This document shows, in pieces, positions 1-8,867 of a stretch of 64,000 bases of DNA. Source of the stretch: Actinomycetota bacterium. Its GTDB lineage: Bacteria > Actinomycetota > Thermoleophilia > RBG-16-64-13. The notes beneath the pieces were generated by a model that saw only the letters and a program-made list of their open reading frames with translations, had not been told where the DNA came from and searched no databases. Position 1 is the first letter of the stretch. Each line of letters begins with the position of its first letter. The stretch lies in the NCBI GenBank assembly GCA_016278725.1, contig JADQBG010000010.1, positions 35,984 through 99,983 of the forward strand. The letters run 5' to 3'. A program made the position numbers and the translations under genes.

Positions 1-442
1 GCGCCGCGTCTTCGCCTACTGCCGCCCTTTGGAGGATGAGAACCTCTGCGGGCTGCGGAACCTCTGCGGTCTCGAGTTTCTTCAGCGGCAGGGGTTCACT
101 GTGGTTTCCGGAAACGGCCAGGTCTTCCTGGTCAAAGCGGAACTCGTGGGCCTCATCCCCGCGCTCAAAGAACTGCGCAGCCTGCTCCCGGAGCCCCGCC
201 CCTGGACCGCTCCCAGCCCCGCCATGTGGAGCAGCACCCGAGACTGATTCCGTACGTTCGATTCTGAGACCGTGGCCACCAAAGCCCAGGGCAGGATTCG
301 TCGCGCAACGGACGAATAAAATCCATTCAACGGGCAAGCGGAACCGGGCGGAAACATCTTCAGACCGAGCGCTAAGAACAGAATACTCGGAGCCGGGAGT
401 AGGAAGCGGGCCCTCCTACCGCTTCTGACCGCGGTCTGGTTC

Positions 443-1723
443 TTGCTGTTGGTCCTTCCTGCGTTCGCCGCGCCCCCGCCGAACTCCCAAGACCAGGAAC
501 TGGCCGGGTTGCGGGACCGACTGGAGAGCCAACGCTCCCAGGCAGAGAGCCTGAGGAGCGAGATCGAAACGCTCGACCGCGAGATCGCAATACTGGTCGA
601 GGATTACGACCAGGCTCGCTACTTCCTGGAAAGGGCGCAGGCGGACGAAGGCCGTGCCAAGGAGCGGGTCAACGCGGCGAGTGAGGCTCTGGAAGCTGTG
701 GAGGACCAGCTGATGCAGCGCCTGCCCGCCGTCTACAAGCACGGCAGCCTCCAACCGCTCGAGCTGCTGATGGGGAGTTCCACTCTGCGGCAACTGGTCG
801 ATCGGGTCCGCTACCTGGGCAACGTGCTCCAGGGCGATCGCCACCGTCTGAGCGAGGCCCGGCGCCTGCGTCAGGCTTTGGAGCGGGAACTCGCGGAACT
901 GGCGCGGGAGCGGGAACGTCGGGCCGCCATCGCCGTAGAGCTAGAGAAAAGCCGGAAGGCAGTAGAAGCCAAGTTGGCCGAGCGGGCCGGACTGTTGGCG
1001 TCGGTGGAAAGCGACATCGTCCGGCTGGTGGAAGAGGAGCGAGCGCGGGAGGAGGAACTCGCCCGCAAGGCCGCCGAGGAAGCCGCCAAACGCGCCGCCG
1101 AAGAACAGGCTCGGCTCGCAGCCGAGGAGAAGGCTCGGCGTGCGGCCGAAGAGGAGTCGCAAAGGCAAACCGAGGCAGCAAGAGGAGGGTCCCCCAAATC
1201 GTCCGGATCATCCGGATCGTCCCGATCACCGGGATCGTCCGGCCATCCCGAAGCCGTGGGCACCCCCGCCCCTAGTCCAAACGAGGGCTCGGCCCCCGCG
1301 ACCGGGGGCAAGAATGCGGCACCCAAGGAGAGCCCCGAAGAGAAGCCGGCCTCACCCCCTTCGCCGCCCGCGGCGTCCAGCCGCGGGGGCCGCATCGTCG
1401 AGGCCGCCAATCAGTACCTGGGAGTGCCCTACGTATGGGCGGGGGCGTCGCCCTCGGGTTTTGATTGCTCCGGACTCACTCAGTATGTTCTGGCCAAGGT
1501 GGGCGTCGACGTCCCCCACTCCTCGCGGCTTCAATACATGCTGGGCGCTCCCGTTTCGCGCGGGAACCTGAGCCCCGGCGACCTGGTCTTCTTCGGCGAT
1601 CCGGTGCATCATGTGGGCATCTTTGCGGGCGGGGGACAGTTCATCCATGCCCCCTACACCGGTGAGGTGGTGCGTTACTCGCCCTTCACCCGTTCTGACT
1701 TCGTCGGGGCCCGCCGGTTCTAG
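443..1723 (+). CDS. RipA-like secreted peptidoglycan endopeptidase: long coiled-coil N-region plus C-terminal NlpC/P60 domain
   Basis: C-terminal NlpC/P60 catalytic block (VWAGASPSGFDCSGL ... HHVGIF ... IHAP). The N-terminal ~300 aa are Ala/Glu/Arg-rich heptad-like coiled coil. The Ser/Gly/Pro linker is encoded by a short tandem DNA repeat (1195-1240). The start codon is uncertain (see finding). Confidence 0.8.
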   Translation: MLLVLPAFAAPPPNSQDQELAGLRDRLESQRSQAESLRSEIETLDREIAILVEDYDQARYFLERAQADEGRAKERVNAASEALEAVEDQLMQRLPAVYKHGSLQPLELLMGSSTLRQLVDRVRYLGNVLQGDRHRLSEARRLRQALERELAELARERERRAAIAVELEKSRKAVEAKLAERAGLLASVESDIVRLVEEERAREEELARKAAEEAAKRAAEEQARLAAEEKARRAAEEESQRQTEAARGGSPKSSGSSGSSRSPGSSGHPEAVGTPAPSPNEGSAPATGGKNAAPKESPEEKPASPPSPPAASSRGGRIVEAANQYLGVPYVWAGASPSGFDCSGLTQYVLAKVGVDVPHSSRLQYMLGAPVSRGNLSPGDLVFFGDPVHHVGIFAGGGQFIHAPYTGEVVRYSPFTRSDFVGARRF

Positions 1724-1763
1724 GATCCATTGGCGACCACGCCCGTAAGCTTAGGCGGAACCA

Positions 1764-3176
1764 ATGCCACACAAAGCGCCCTCGGGACCGCGGCCTTCAT
1801 TCCGGCGCTTCCGGAGAATGGCGCTGTTTGCCGGCCTGATCCTGGCACTGGCTGCGCTCGCCCTGGGAGTCTCCGGCATCCCCTCCCCTGACGCGCTGGC
1901 CCAGCCCCAAGGCGCGGTCTGGGTGACCGAGGCCGAGGGCATCGTCGATCCCCCGCTTGCCGACTATCTCGAGAAGGTGATCGGACGCGCCGAGGATGCT
2001 CGAGCCGAGGCCCTCGTCATCTTGATGGATACACCCGGTGGCCTGGATACGTCCATGCGGCAGATAATCCAGGCCGAGCTCGACGCCAAAATTCCCGTGG
2101 TCGTCTACGTGTATCCGAACGGAGCCCGCGCGGCGTCGGCCGGAGTTTACATAATGATGGGCGCCGACGTCACGGCGATGGCCCCCCAGACGAACCTGGG
2201 CGCCGCCACCCCGATCTCGCTGAGCGGCGACATGGGCGAGACATTGACTCGCAAGGTGATCAACGATTCGGTCGCCTACATCCGCGCACTGGCCAACGAG
2301 CACGACCGGAACGCCGAATGGGCGGAACAGGCGGTGCGCAACGCCGAATCCCTGCCGGCCGCCGAGGCCGAGGACATCGGCGTCATCGAATTCGTGGCCG
2401 ACGACCTGGATACGCTTCTGCAAGAGCTCGACGGTTTCGAAACCGTTCCCAAGGGCCTCACGCTGCAGACCGCGAACGCGCCCATCCACCGGGTGCAGAT
2501 GAACTGGGCGGAGCGGTTTCTCCACCTCGTGGTGAACCCCGATTTCGCTTTTGTCTTCCTGATCGTCGGGGTTCTCGGCATCGTGCTCGAGCTGCAGTCT
2601 CCAGGCATCGGCGTCGGGGGGATCGGCGGCGGGATCTCGCTCCTCCTGGGGCTTTACGCATTGTCGGTGCTGCCGGTGAACCTGGTGGGCGTGGTCCTGC
2701 TGATTTTGGCAGCCGGGTTCTTCATGGCCGAGATCTTCGTGGTCTCGGGCGGTATTCTGGCCGTTGGGGGAGTAGCCGCCATGATCTTGGGCGGGGTGCT
2801 CCTTTTCGACGCCCCGGAAGGCATTCTGAGGGTAGACTGGTCGGTGATCATTCTGACGTCACTGGCCACGCTGGCCTTCTTCGCGTTCGTGATCCGCGCC
2901 GTGGCCCGGGCGCGGCGGCAGGCGTCGAGCGGGGGTCTGGAGGCCATGGTCGGTGCTCAGGGCCGCGTGCGCCAGGCCATCGACCCGGTGGGGCAGGTCA
3001 TGGTGCACGGCGAATTGTGGCGGGCGCAGGCGGACAGGACGATCGGCGAGGGCTCAGCGGTCACCGTCACCGCCGTCCAAGGCCTCACGCTAATCGTCGA
3101 GCCGACGGCGGATGAAGACGAAAGCCCGGCAGCCGGGCAAGAGAACGCCCAACAGTGGGCGGACAAGGAGGAGTAA
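1764..3176 (+). CDS. NfeD-family membrane-bound ClpP-class serine protease
   Basis: N-terminal signal/TM, a ClpP-like block ([41 protein letters not shown]), then multiple TM helices and a C-terminal OB-like domain. Lies immediately upstream of, and overlapping, an SPFH gene, the canonical NfeD-stomatin arrangement. The start could alternatively be at MALFAG (~1818). Confidence 0.8.
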   Translation: MPHKAPSGPRPSFRRFRRMALFAGLILALAALALGVSGIPSPDALAQPQGAVWVTEAEGIVDPPLADYLEKVIGRAEDARAEALVILMDTPGGLDTSMRQIIQAELDAKIPVVVYVYPNGARAASAGVYIMMGADVTAMAPQTNLGAATPISLSGDMGETLTRKVINDSVAYIRALANEHDRNAEWAEQAVRNAESLPAAEAEDIGVIEFVADDLDTLLQELDGFETVPKGLTLQTANAPIHRVQMNWAERFLHLVVNPDFAFVFLIVGVLGIVLELQSPGIGVGGIGGGISLLLGLYALSVLPVNLVGVVLLILAAGFFMAEIFVVSGGILAVGGVAAMILGGVLLFDAPEGILRVDWSVIILTSLATLAFFAFVIRAVARARRQASSGGLEAMVGAQGRVRQAIDPVGQVMVHGELWRAQADRTIGEGSAVTVTAVQGLTLIVEPTADEDESPAAGQENAQQWADKEE

Positions 3177-4048
3177 TGGAACTGCTGACCACGGGTGCGG
3201 TGATCGTCGCCCTGGCGATCCTGCTGCTCTCCGCGTCGATGCGGATCGTTACGGAGTACCAGCGGGGCGTCATCTTCCGGCTGGGCAGGATCATCGGAGC
3301 CAAGGGGCCAGGCATGTTCTTCCTGATCCCCATCGTCGACCGCATGATCAAGGTGGACCTGCGAACCATCACCATGGACGTCCCCCCGCAGGAAGCCATC
3401 ACCATGGACAACGTGCCCATCCGGGTAAACGCCGTGGTTTACTTCCGCGTGGTCGACCCCAACAACTCCGTGGTCGAGGTGGAGAACTTCATGCTGGCCA
3501 CTTCGCAGATCGCCCAGACCACGCTGCGCAGCGTGCTCGGCCAGAGCGATTTGGATCATCTGCTCACCGCCAGGGAACAGATCAACGCCCGCCTCCAGGA
3601 GATCATCGACGAGCAGACCGATCCCTGGGGAGTCAAGGTCTCCATGGTCGAAATCAAGGACGTGGAGATTCCTCAAGGCATGCAGCGGGCCATGGCCCGG
3701 CAGGCGGAGGCCGAACGGGAGCGGCGCGCCAAGGTCATCGCCGCCGAGGGCGAGTTCCAGGCATCGGAGAAGCTGGCCCAGGCGGCAGTGGTGCTCGACC
3801 GCACCCCCACGGCCATCCAGCTCCGCTATCTGCAAACTCTGATCGAGGTCGCTTCCGAGAAGAACTCGACCACGATCTTTCCGATCCCCATCGATCTGCT
3901 GACCCCCTTCCTGAAGAGGGACGGAAACGACCTCCAGAGCCCATCGGCGCCCGCGCCCGCTCCGGCGCCGGAGCCCACGTCCGCAAGCGTGGCCGCAGCC
4001 GCGCCGGAACAAGCGCCCGCGCCGGAGTCGATGGAGGAAGAGGCCTAG
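3176..4048 (+). CDS. SPFH/band-7 (stomatin-like) protein
   Basis: ATG at 3176 overlaps the NfeD stop (TAATG), with an AAGGAGGAG SD upstream. N-terminal TM, then SPFH core ([17 protein letters not shown] ... [15 protein letters not shown] ... coiled-coil [20 protein letters not shown]). Confidence 0.85.
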   Translation: MELLTTGAVIVALAILLLSASMRIVTEYQRGVIFRLGRIIGAKGPGMFFLIPIVDRMIKVDLRTITMDVPPQEAITMDNVPIRVNAVVYFRVVDPNNSVVEVENFMLATSQIAQTTLRSVLGQSDLDHLLTAREQINARLQEIIDEQTDPWGVKVSMVEIKDVEIPQGMQRAMARQAEAERERRAKVIAAEGEFQASEKLAQAAVVLDRTPTAIQLRYLQTLIEVASEKNSTTIFPIPIDLLTPFLKRDGNDLQSPSAPAPAPAPEPTSASVAAAAPEQAPAPESMEEEA

Positions 4049-4049
4049 C

Positions 4050-4349
4050 ATGTGCCTGGCCATTCCCGCGCGCATCGAGCAGATCGACGGTCTGAACGCC
4101 GTGATCAACCTGGAGGGAGTCCGCCGCGGGATCTCCCTCCTGCTTTGCCCCGAGGCGAAGGTGGGCGAATACGCCTTGGTGCACGCCGGTTTTGCCATCT
4201 CCGTCATCGATGAAGAGCAGGCCCAGGCCGCCCTGGAGCCCTGGGAAGAGATGCGAAAGCTGATCGCGGACGCGGGCGGCGGGGGAGACGCTCGGGGCCC
4301 CGCCTTTGGACCGCCGCCCGACGGGCTGCCGAGAGAGGAAGAGGCTTGA
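4050..4349 (+). CDS. HypC/HybG/HupF-family OB-fold protein (hydrogenase maturation chaperone-like), orphan context
   Basis: Begins MCLAIPARI..., the hallmark HypC N-terminus with invariant Cys2, and has the ~75-aa OB-fold length. It is followed by a Gly/Pro-rich acidic tail. It sits 2 nt after the stomatin stop. No hydrogenase genes are present in the window. Confidence 0.6.
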   Translation: MCLAIPARIEQIDGLNAVINLEGVRRGISLLLCPEAKVGEYALVHAGFAISVIDEEQAQAALEPWEEMRKLIADAGGGGDARGPAFGPPPDGLPREEEA

Positions 4350-5098
4350 TCGAAGAACCCTCTCTGCTCCGTCAACTGCTCGAGCCGATCGAGGGCGGCC
4401 GCAGCCCAGGGGAACGGCGCGGTTTCGCTCAGGCGGAGTGGAGCGGGCGAAGAGTGCTCGCCGTCACCCTGTTGGCCTCGTTCGGGGGCGCATTGCTGAT
4501 GCCGGCAGGCATATACGCCGCATTCCCGGGGAGCGCGAGTGCGGCGATCGTCTTCACGGCGCAGGTGGTGCTCACATACCTGTTCTTGGCGGGATTGGTG
4601 CTCCTGGTCGGCCTGCGCGGCGAGGCGCGGCGATGGCAAAAACTGGGCTTCCGGCCCCTCGACGTGCGCAGCCTGGCCGGCCTGCTGGCCTTCCTCGCCT
4701 CGGTGATCATCGCGGTCAACTTACTGGGCGGACTGGTGATCAACCTGCCTGCGCCCAGGGACATCTTCCTTTTCGGCCGGGAGCCGCTGCAGGTGGCATT
4801 GATGGCCTTCACGGTGATCATCGCTGCGCCGGTGGGCGAGGAGTTGTTCTTCCGCGGCTTCCTGCTCCAGGGGGCGGCCCATTACCTCGGTTTCTGGCCG
4901 GCCGCGCTCGTCAGTGGCGGCCTCTTCGCCTTTGCCCATGCCTCTCTGCAACTCTTCCCCGCCATCTTCGTCCTGGGTGTGGCCTTCGCCTGGCTGTTCT
5001 GGCGGACGGGAAGCCTCTGGGCGCCCATCGCCGCTCATGCGACCATAAACGGCAGTTCCTTCTTGGTCCTGCTCTTCTTCTCGTCCGCCTCGGGTTGA
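4346..5098 (+). CDS. CPBP-family intramembrane metalloprotease (CAAX protease/Abi-like)
   Basis: Multi-TM protein with the CPBP motifs EELFFRGFL (motif 1) and FAFAH (motif 2). The TTG start overlaps the HypC-like stop by 4 nt. Confidence 0.7.
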   Translation: MIEEPSLLRQLLEPIEGGRSPGERRGFAQAEWSGRRVLAVTLLASFGGALLMPAGIYAAFPGSASAAIVFTAQVVLTYLFLAGLVLLVGLRGEARRWQKLGFRPLDVRSLAGLLAFLASVIIAVNLLGGLVINLPAPRDIFLFGREPLQVALMAFTVIIAAPVGEELFFRGFLLQGAAHYLGFWPAALVSGGLFAFAHASLQLFPAIFVLGVAFAWLFWRTGSLWAPIAAHATINGSSFLVLLFFSSASG

Positions 5099-5152
5099 CC
5101 GGTCTGCCGGTTCGGGTGGCCGCCTTGGCGAAGGGCCCATCCGCGCACCCGC

Positions 5153-5181
5153 TTGTAGGCGACCGGGGTTTAGGCTTAAAT
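5153..5181 (+). promoter_or_regulatory. Putative sigma70-type promoter for tRNA-Ala (TTGTAG-17nt-TTAAAT)
   Basis: TTGTAG at 5153-5158 and TTAAAT at 5176-5181 with a 17-nt spacer, ~25 nt upstream of the tRNA 5' end. It forms an AT-rich island in a GC-rich background. Confidence 0.45.
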
Positions 5182-5205
5182 ATGCCTCTGGATTTCGCCG
5201 CCCGT

Positions 5206-5278
5206 GGGGGTATAGCTCAGTTGGGAGAGCGTCGCGTTCGCATCGCGAAGGTCAGGGGTTCGAATCCCCTTACCTCCA
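5206..5278 (+). tRNA. tRNA-Ala (anticodon CGC)
   Basis: Cloverleaf folded by hand: acceptor GGGGGUA/UACCUCC with the G3:U70 Ala identity pair, D-arm GCUCAGUUGGGAGAGC, anticodon stem UCGCG/CGCGA with loop UUCGCAU (anticodon CGC), T-arm AGGGG-UUCGAAU-CCCCU, discriminator A. The 3' CC is encoded (5279-5280). Confidence 0.95.
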
Positions 5279-5308
5279 CCTCGGTCACCATAGCGGAGCG
5301 TCCGGCTC

Positions 5309-5701
5309 GTGCTTGAGTTCTCGGTGAGAACCCCCAGCCGCGAGGTTCTGGTCGACATCACCTCCGCAGTCGGCGTCGCCTTGACCGACCTCGATGCCTC
5401 TCATTCGGGCATGGTTCACGTGTTCGTGCCCCACACCACGGCGGGAGTCACCATCAACGAGGGTGCGGATCCCTCGGTGGCGACGGACCTCATAGAGATC
5501 CTCGCCCGGCTGGTTCCTCGCGAAGGCGGCTACCGTCACGCCGAGGGCAACTCCGACGCCCACGCCAAGACCAGCCTGGTCGGCACCCACCTGAGCGTCC
5601 CCGCCGCCAACGGGAACTTGAAGCTGGGAACCTGGCAGAGCATCTATCTGGCCGAATTCGACGGGCCCCGCAACCGCCGCGTCTGGGTTGAGCTGGGGTG
5701 A
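5309..5701 (+). CDS. YjbQ/UPF0047-family protein (secondary thiamine-phosphate synthase-like)
   Basis: 130 aa with the conserved YjbQ blocks (HTTAGVTINE ... DAHAKTSLVG ... LGTWQSIYLAEFDGPR). Confidence 0.75.
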   Translation: MLEFSVRTPSREVLVDITSAVGVALTDLDASHSGMVHVFVPHTTAGVTINEGADPSVATDLIEILARLVPREGGYRHAEGNSDAHAKTSLVGTHLSVPAANGNLKLGTWQSIYLAEFDGPRNRRVWVELG

Positions 5702-6453
5702 TACGCAGATCTAGTCTCCGCTACGGCGGACTCCTGCTGGCTCTGCTCGGGATCGCCTTGGTCGGGGTCGCTTACGCCACGGGCGACAGCGATGCGGAGG
5801 CTCCGCTGTCCGCGGATACCACCTCCGGTCTCGAACAAATCGTTCTCGGGGATGAGGGCGGAGAGCCTCCGACCTCCACGGTTTGGGGCGAAGGGCAAGG
5901 AGAGCCGGCGTCCCCGGCCGCGACCCCGCCCGGTCTCTCGACCACCGAACCCTCCTCCGGCCCCGCCGAAACTTCGACCACGCTGCTTCCGGACCTTTCG
6001 TCGTCCACCGGTGGCGGCGTCTCCGGCGAGGAGCCCACACCCGATCCCCGCGGGCAGCCGGTCGTGCCCACCAGCGGCACCGTCACCGAGCGCTTCTCCC
6101 AACTCGCCCGGCAGTTCCCCTACGCCTTGCTCTTTCTCGATGATCCCGAGTGGCAACTGACCAGCCTCGAAGCCGGGAAGGACCGGCAGGGAAGCCACCT
6201 GATCGTCTCCACCTACGCTCACATCGGCGGCACTTACTTCATCAGCCTCAATCAGCAAAATGGCGCGCAGGCCCAGCAACTGCCGAGCGGTGAGCTCATG
6301 CAGGCTCGAGGAACCCAGGTGCAGACCGCCTCGATGGGCGAGAATCAGTTCCTGGCCGGCTGGGTGGAGGGCGGGAGCACCATCCTGATGTTCACCACGC
6401 TGCCGCACGAACGTTTGGCCCCGCTGATCGAGGGATTGAGTAAGACGGGATAG
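5698..6453 (+). CDS. Hypothetical signal-anchored secreted protein with Pro/Thr/Ser-rich linker
   Basis: N-terminal RRSSLRYGGLLLALLGIALVGVAYA signal anchor, a low-complexity PTS-rich segment, then a ~120-aa globular C-terminus. Overlaps the YjbQ stop by 4 nt. No family recognised. Confidence 0.5.
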   Translation: MIRRSSLRYGGLLLALLGIALVGVAYATGDSDAEAPLSADTTSGLEQIVLGDEGGEPPTSTVWGEGQGEPASPAATPPGLSTTEPSSGPAETSTTLLPDLSSSTGGGVSGEEPTPDPRGQPVVPTSGTVTERFSQLARQFPYALLFLDDPEWQLTSLEAGKDRQGSHLIVSTYAHIGGTYFISLNQQNGAQAQQLPSGELMQARGTQVQTASMGENQFLAGWVEGGSTILMFTTLPHERLAPLIEGLSKTG

Positions 6454-6473
6454 AGGACGGCGAGCCGGCGGTC

Positions 6474-8867
6474 CTAGCCCTCGCCGTCCCGCGGGGGCGA
6501 CTCGCCGGGTTCGTCCGGGTTGGCCTGTTCGTCCGGGTTGGCCGGTCCGCCGGGTTCGCCAGGATAGACTGGGTCAGGCAGTTCGCCCACCATCTGGTCG
6601 ACAACCGGCCGGCTGTCCTCCCCCGGGAGCACGGGCGGTGCCAAGCCGGGGCCGGTCTCCGGCCGAGGAGCCCGATTCCTCCGCCAGAGCGAGAAGGCCA
6701 GGATGCCGGCGACCGCCAGCAGCCCCAGCCCGGTCAGCGCCCTGCCGACCGTGTTCGAGGCGGTGGAACCGTAGCTCAGAGTGACCTCGCGCTGTGTGGG
6801 AATCACCATCATGAAGGAGGGTGAGGCCACGTAGGGACCTTCGGCTCCCTCCACCTTCCAATTCGGGAAGTAGGAGATCTTGATCAGATGCGGAACGCCG
6901 ATGGCGCTGGTCTCGAAAGTGAGCTTCTCTTCCTCGAACTGCTCGGAGAGCACGGCGCCTTCGGCCGACAGGGGCTCGCGCGGAGGATTGGTCACCGCGT
7001 CGGCCGCGATCTCCGGGAACTGCTCCACACCCGGCTCTCCCCGGTCCCACACGAGGGGAACATCGAGCGCGGGACCAGTCGTATACCAGTCGACCACCGG
7101 AGTTCGCCAGTCCTCGGTCACCAGCCGCTGGGGCTGATTGGCCACGACTTCGACGTAGCCTCCGGTGCCCGCGATCTTGAAGATGCTGAACTCGTCGATC
7201 TTGGTCAGCAGATCGGTTCGGGGGTCGGCGTCCACTTCGCCGGTGACCTCGGGGGAAACCGTGATCAGATAGGGAATGTTCATCAGCTGCAGGTGCGTGA
7301 TGCCTCTCGAGGTGTTGCGCGGCGGGTACTCCACGCCGACGATCGCATGGCTGGGTTCCACCGAGAGTTCGGCCTGGTTGATGAAGTGATAAGGGGCGGT
7401 GAAGGCCGCCTCCATCAACGTGCCCTCCATGGTGTCGTGACTCTCGGTCCAGTAGGGGATGATCTCGAACGCGCGAGGGGTCCCGAAGCGGTCGATCTTC
7501 TGATTGTGCTCCACCATGACCCGGCCGGGGGGTTGCTCGTCGATGAAATCCAGGATCTCCTGGTACTGCGGCCATGCGTCCTTGCCCTCGTAGCCCGAGT
7601 AATTCCAGCGGATCCACCCCGCCGCCGTCGTGCTGGTGGCCACGGCGATGACGACCACCAAAATTCCCACGAGCGGAGCGTAGGCCCGCGCGGATACGCG
7701 GTCCGGCAGACTCAACAGGTCGTCCGCAATCACCAGGAAGGGGCGGAGCAGCCAGGCCACGCCGTAGGCCGCCCACAGGTGCACGGTGAAGTAGAAGAAG
7801 GGCAAGAGGCGCGCGTTCCAGAGGCGCCCATCGGGCAGCGCGTAGAAGAGGATGACCATCACCAGCACGGCCCAGAACATGGGAAACGTCTTGAGATCCC
7901 GCTTGGCCAGGGCATAGGCCATGCCCACCACGCCGAGAGCGGCCACGATGCGGATCTCCCGAGGCAACAACTCATCGAAAGCGGTGAGCTGGTTCCAGCT
8001 CATGTGCGCGGTCCATTCCAGTTTGTCCAGGAAAGGGAGGCCCCAGAAGGCCTGCAGGCAGAAGCCGAGGAGGAAGACGGCTGCCAGCCAAAAGAACGAG
8101 CGCAGGTTGCGGTGCAGCACCAGAAGACTGGGCGTGATGAAGATTAGCGCCAGAGTGGTCACCAGATGCGAAAGCACCAGAGCGCCGAGCAGCAGCCCCG
8201 TGAGCGCGAGCCACGCGTCGATGCGCCCGCGCTCCATCCCCCGGTGGGCCATGCCCAGGAAGACAAAGGTCAGCGCGAAGGAGAGCGAGAAACCGAATTC
8301 GCCCGCCAGCGTGGAGAGGATGTTGGCCCCGTAGATGGAGTAGCTCTCCATCAGCAGGAAGAGGACGGCGAAAGCGGCCGCGAGCAGCGGGAAGGGCGGC
8401 CGCAAACGGAACAGACGTCCAAAAGCGTAAGCCGCCACGGGAAGCAGGAAGACACCGGCCGCCGTGATCAGCTTGAAGGCCAACTGGTAGGGCAGAAACA
8501 CGTTGAACAGCGCGATCAGCAGGAAGGGGAAGGGAAAGTAGAAGGTGAGCATGGGCATGCCCGCATACCAACCGGGCGCCCAGCCGGTCACCTTGCCGTG
8601 AGGCAGCAGGTAGTCGATCAGGTAGCGGGCCGGATAGTGGTGCGCACCGGTGTCCCCGCCCGCCGTCGTGGTGAGGCTGAACAACAGGTCCGGGCGGTAG
8701 AGCCAGAAGAGCCCGATGTAGACGGTCAAGAAGACGATCCCCACCGGCAGCACGCGTGACCCGAGCAGGGAGGCCAGGCGCTCGTTCCAGCCGGCCTTAC
8801 CCGCCTCTTCCCGCTCGGCCGGCAGGAGAACTCCTGGTCCGGTCAGCTCACTCTCGTCCTGCGCCAA
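6474..8867 (-). CDS. Large polytopic membrane protein, probable GT-C-type glycosyltransferase (ArnT/PMT/GtrC-like) with extracytoplasmic C-terminal domain
   Basis: ~12 predicted TM helices in the N-terminal ~450 aa, then a soluble ~300 aa domain and a Pro-rich tail. It is co-directional with, and overlaps by ~20 nt, a GT2 polyprenyl-phosphate glycosyltransferase and GtrA upstream. Confidence 0.55.
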   Translation of the reverse strand: MAQDESELTGPGVLLPAEREEAGKAGWNERLASLLGSRVLPVGIVFLTVYIGLFWLYRPDLLFSLTTTAGGDTGAHHYPARYLIDYLLPHGKVTGWAPGWYAGMPMLTFYFPFPFLLIALFNVFLPYQLAFKLITAAGVFLLPVAAYAFGRLFRLRPPFPLLAAAFAVLFLLMESYSIYGANILSTLAGEFGFSLSFALTFVFLGMAHRGMERGRIDAWLALTGLLLGALVLSHLVTTLALIFITPSLLVLHRNLRSFFWLAAVFLLGFCLQAFWGLPFLDKLEWTAHMSWNQLTAFDELLPREIRIVAALGVVGMAYALAKRDLKTFPMFWAVLVMVILFYALPDGRLWNARLLPFFYFTVHLWAAYGVAWLLRPFLVIADDLLSLPDRVSARAYAPLVGILVVVIAVATSTTAAGWIRWNYSGYEGKDAWPQYQEILDFIDEQPPGRVMVEHNQKIDRFGTPRAFEIIPYWTESHDTMEGTLMEAAFTAPYHFINQAELSVEPSHAIVGVEYPPRNTSRGITHLQLMNIPYLITVSPEVTGEVDADPRTDLLTKIDEFSIFKIAGTGGYVEVVANQPQRLVTEDWRTPVVDWYTTGPALDVPLVWDRGEPGVEQFPEIAADAVTNPPREPLSAEGAVLSEQFEEEKLTFETSAIGVPHLIKISYFPNWKVEGAEGPYVASPSFMMVIPTQREVTLSYGSTASNTVGRALTGLGLLAVAGILAFSLWRRNRAPRPETGPGLAPPVLPGEDSRPVVDQMVGELPDPVYPGEPGGPANPDEQANPDEPGESPPRDGEG

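Noticed and set aside
2318-3115. Long antisense and alternative-frame ORFs overlapping confirmed genes (e.g. 2318-3115, 2957-4639, 6574-7776, 6888-8147, 16483-17523, 16914-18674, 21708-22565, 21905-22660, 34234-36291, 36689-37837, 38337-39284, 59138-60166, 61512-62888)
   Set aside because: Their translations are Arg/Gly/Pro/Ala-rich low-complexity strings typical of stop-codon-poor high-GC DNA. Each overlaps a gene with clear family-specific motifs on the other strand or frame.
5206-6500. Genomic island integrated at the tRNA-Ala
   Set aside because: No integrase or recombinase, no direct repeat of the tRNA 3' end, and no compositional shift. Downstream genes are ordinary chromosomal functions.
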